A DNA stretch of 64,000 nucleotides, from contig CAWEPZ010000002.1 in the NCBI GenBank assembly GCA_963811105.1, positions 576,001 through 640,000 on the forward strand. Reading direction: 5' to 3'. The translations under genes were made by a program, and so were the position numbers. Under the pieces are notes generated by a model. It ran no database searches. It was not told the origin of the DNA and saw only the letters and a list, made by a program, of their open reading frames with translations. The stretch is from Candidatus Bathyarchaeota archaeon. Lineage in GTDB: Archaea > Thermoproteota > Bathyarchaeia > Bathyarchaeales > Bathycorpusculaceae. Shown piece by piece: positions 63,999-64,000 of the stretch. How positions within the stretch are numbered: the first letter of the stretch is position 1; every line of letters starts with the position of its first letter.

Positions 63999-64000
63999 AT

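Overview
Archaeal chromosomal segment. It is most likely Bathyarchaeia, inferred from the TACK-type 16S rRNA, DUF5752 and PQQ-like surface-protein families, and archaeal PoK/PPAT, Lsm-L37e and thermosome genes; no database search was run. In order it carries: (i) a heme-copper oxygen reductase cluster (ctaB, coxBACD, two membrane-anchored cupredoxins, two DUF420-like proteins) whose subunit I lacks the canonical K-channel residues; (ii) a degenerate thermosome paralog and a metY-metX-metW operon with an HTH-CBS regulator; (iii) a GC-richer accessory island with a GMC oxidoreductase fused to a repeated domain that also occurs as a stand-alone paralog; (iv) a stand-alone 16S rRNA gene with its own bulge-helix-bulge processing stem and no linked 23S; (v) housekeeping genes (pstSCAB-phoU, htrA, nfeD-stomatin, CoA synthesis). 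The strongest candidate for an undescribed system is a four-gene locus at 53.0-61.1 kb. It encodes a membrane-anchored surface protein, a FtsZ/tubulin-family GTPase with a ~430-aa coiled-coil insert, a second apparently inactive tubulin-fold protein, and a polytopic membrane protein with a long helical tail. Several conserved genes have no ATG/GTG/TTG start before their conserved N-termini and appear to start at ATA or other near-cognate codons. Several single-base frameshifts may be pseudogenes or assembly errors.
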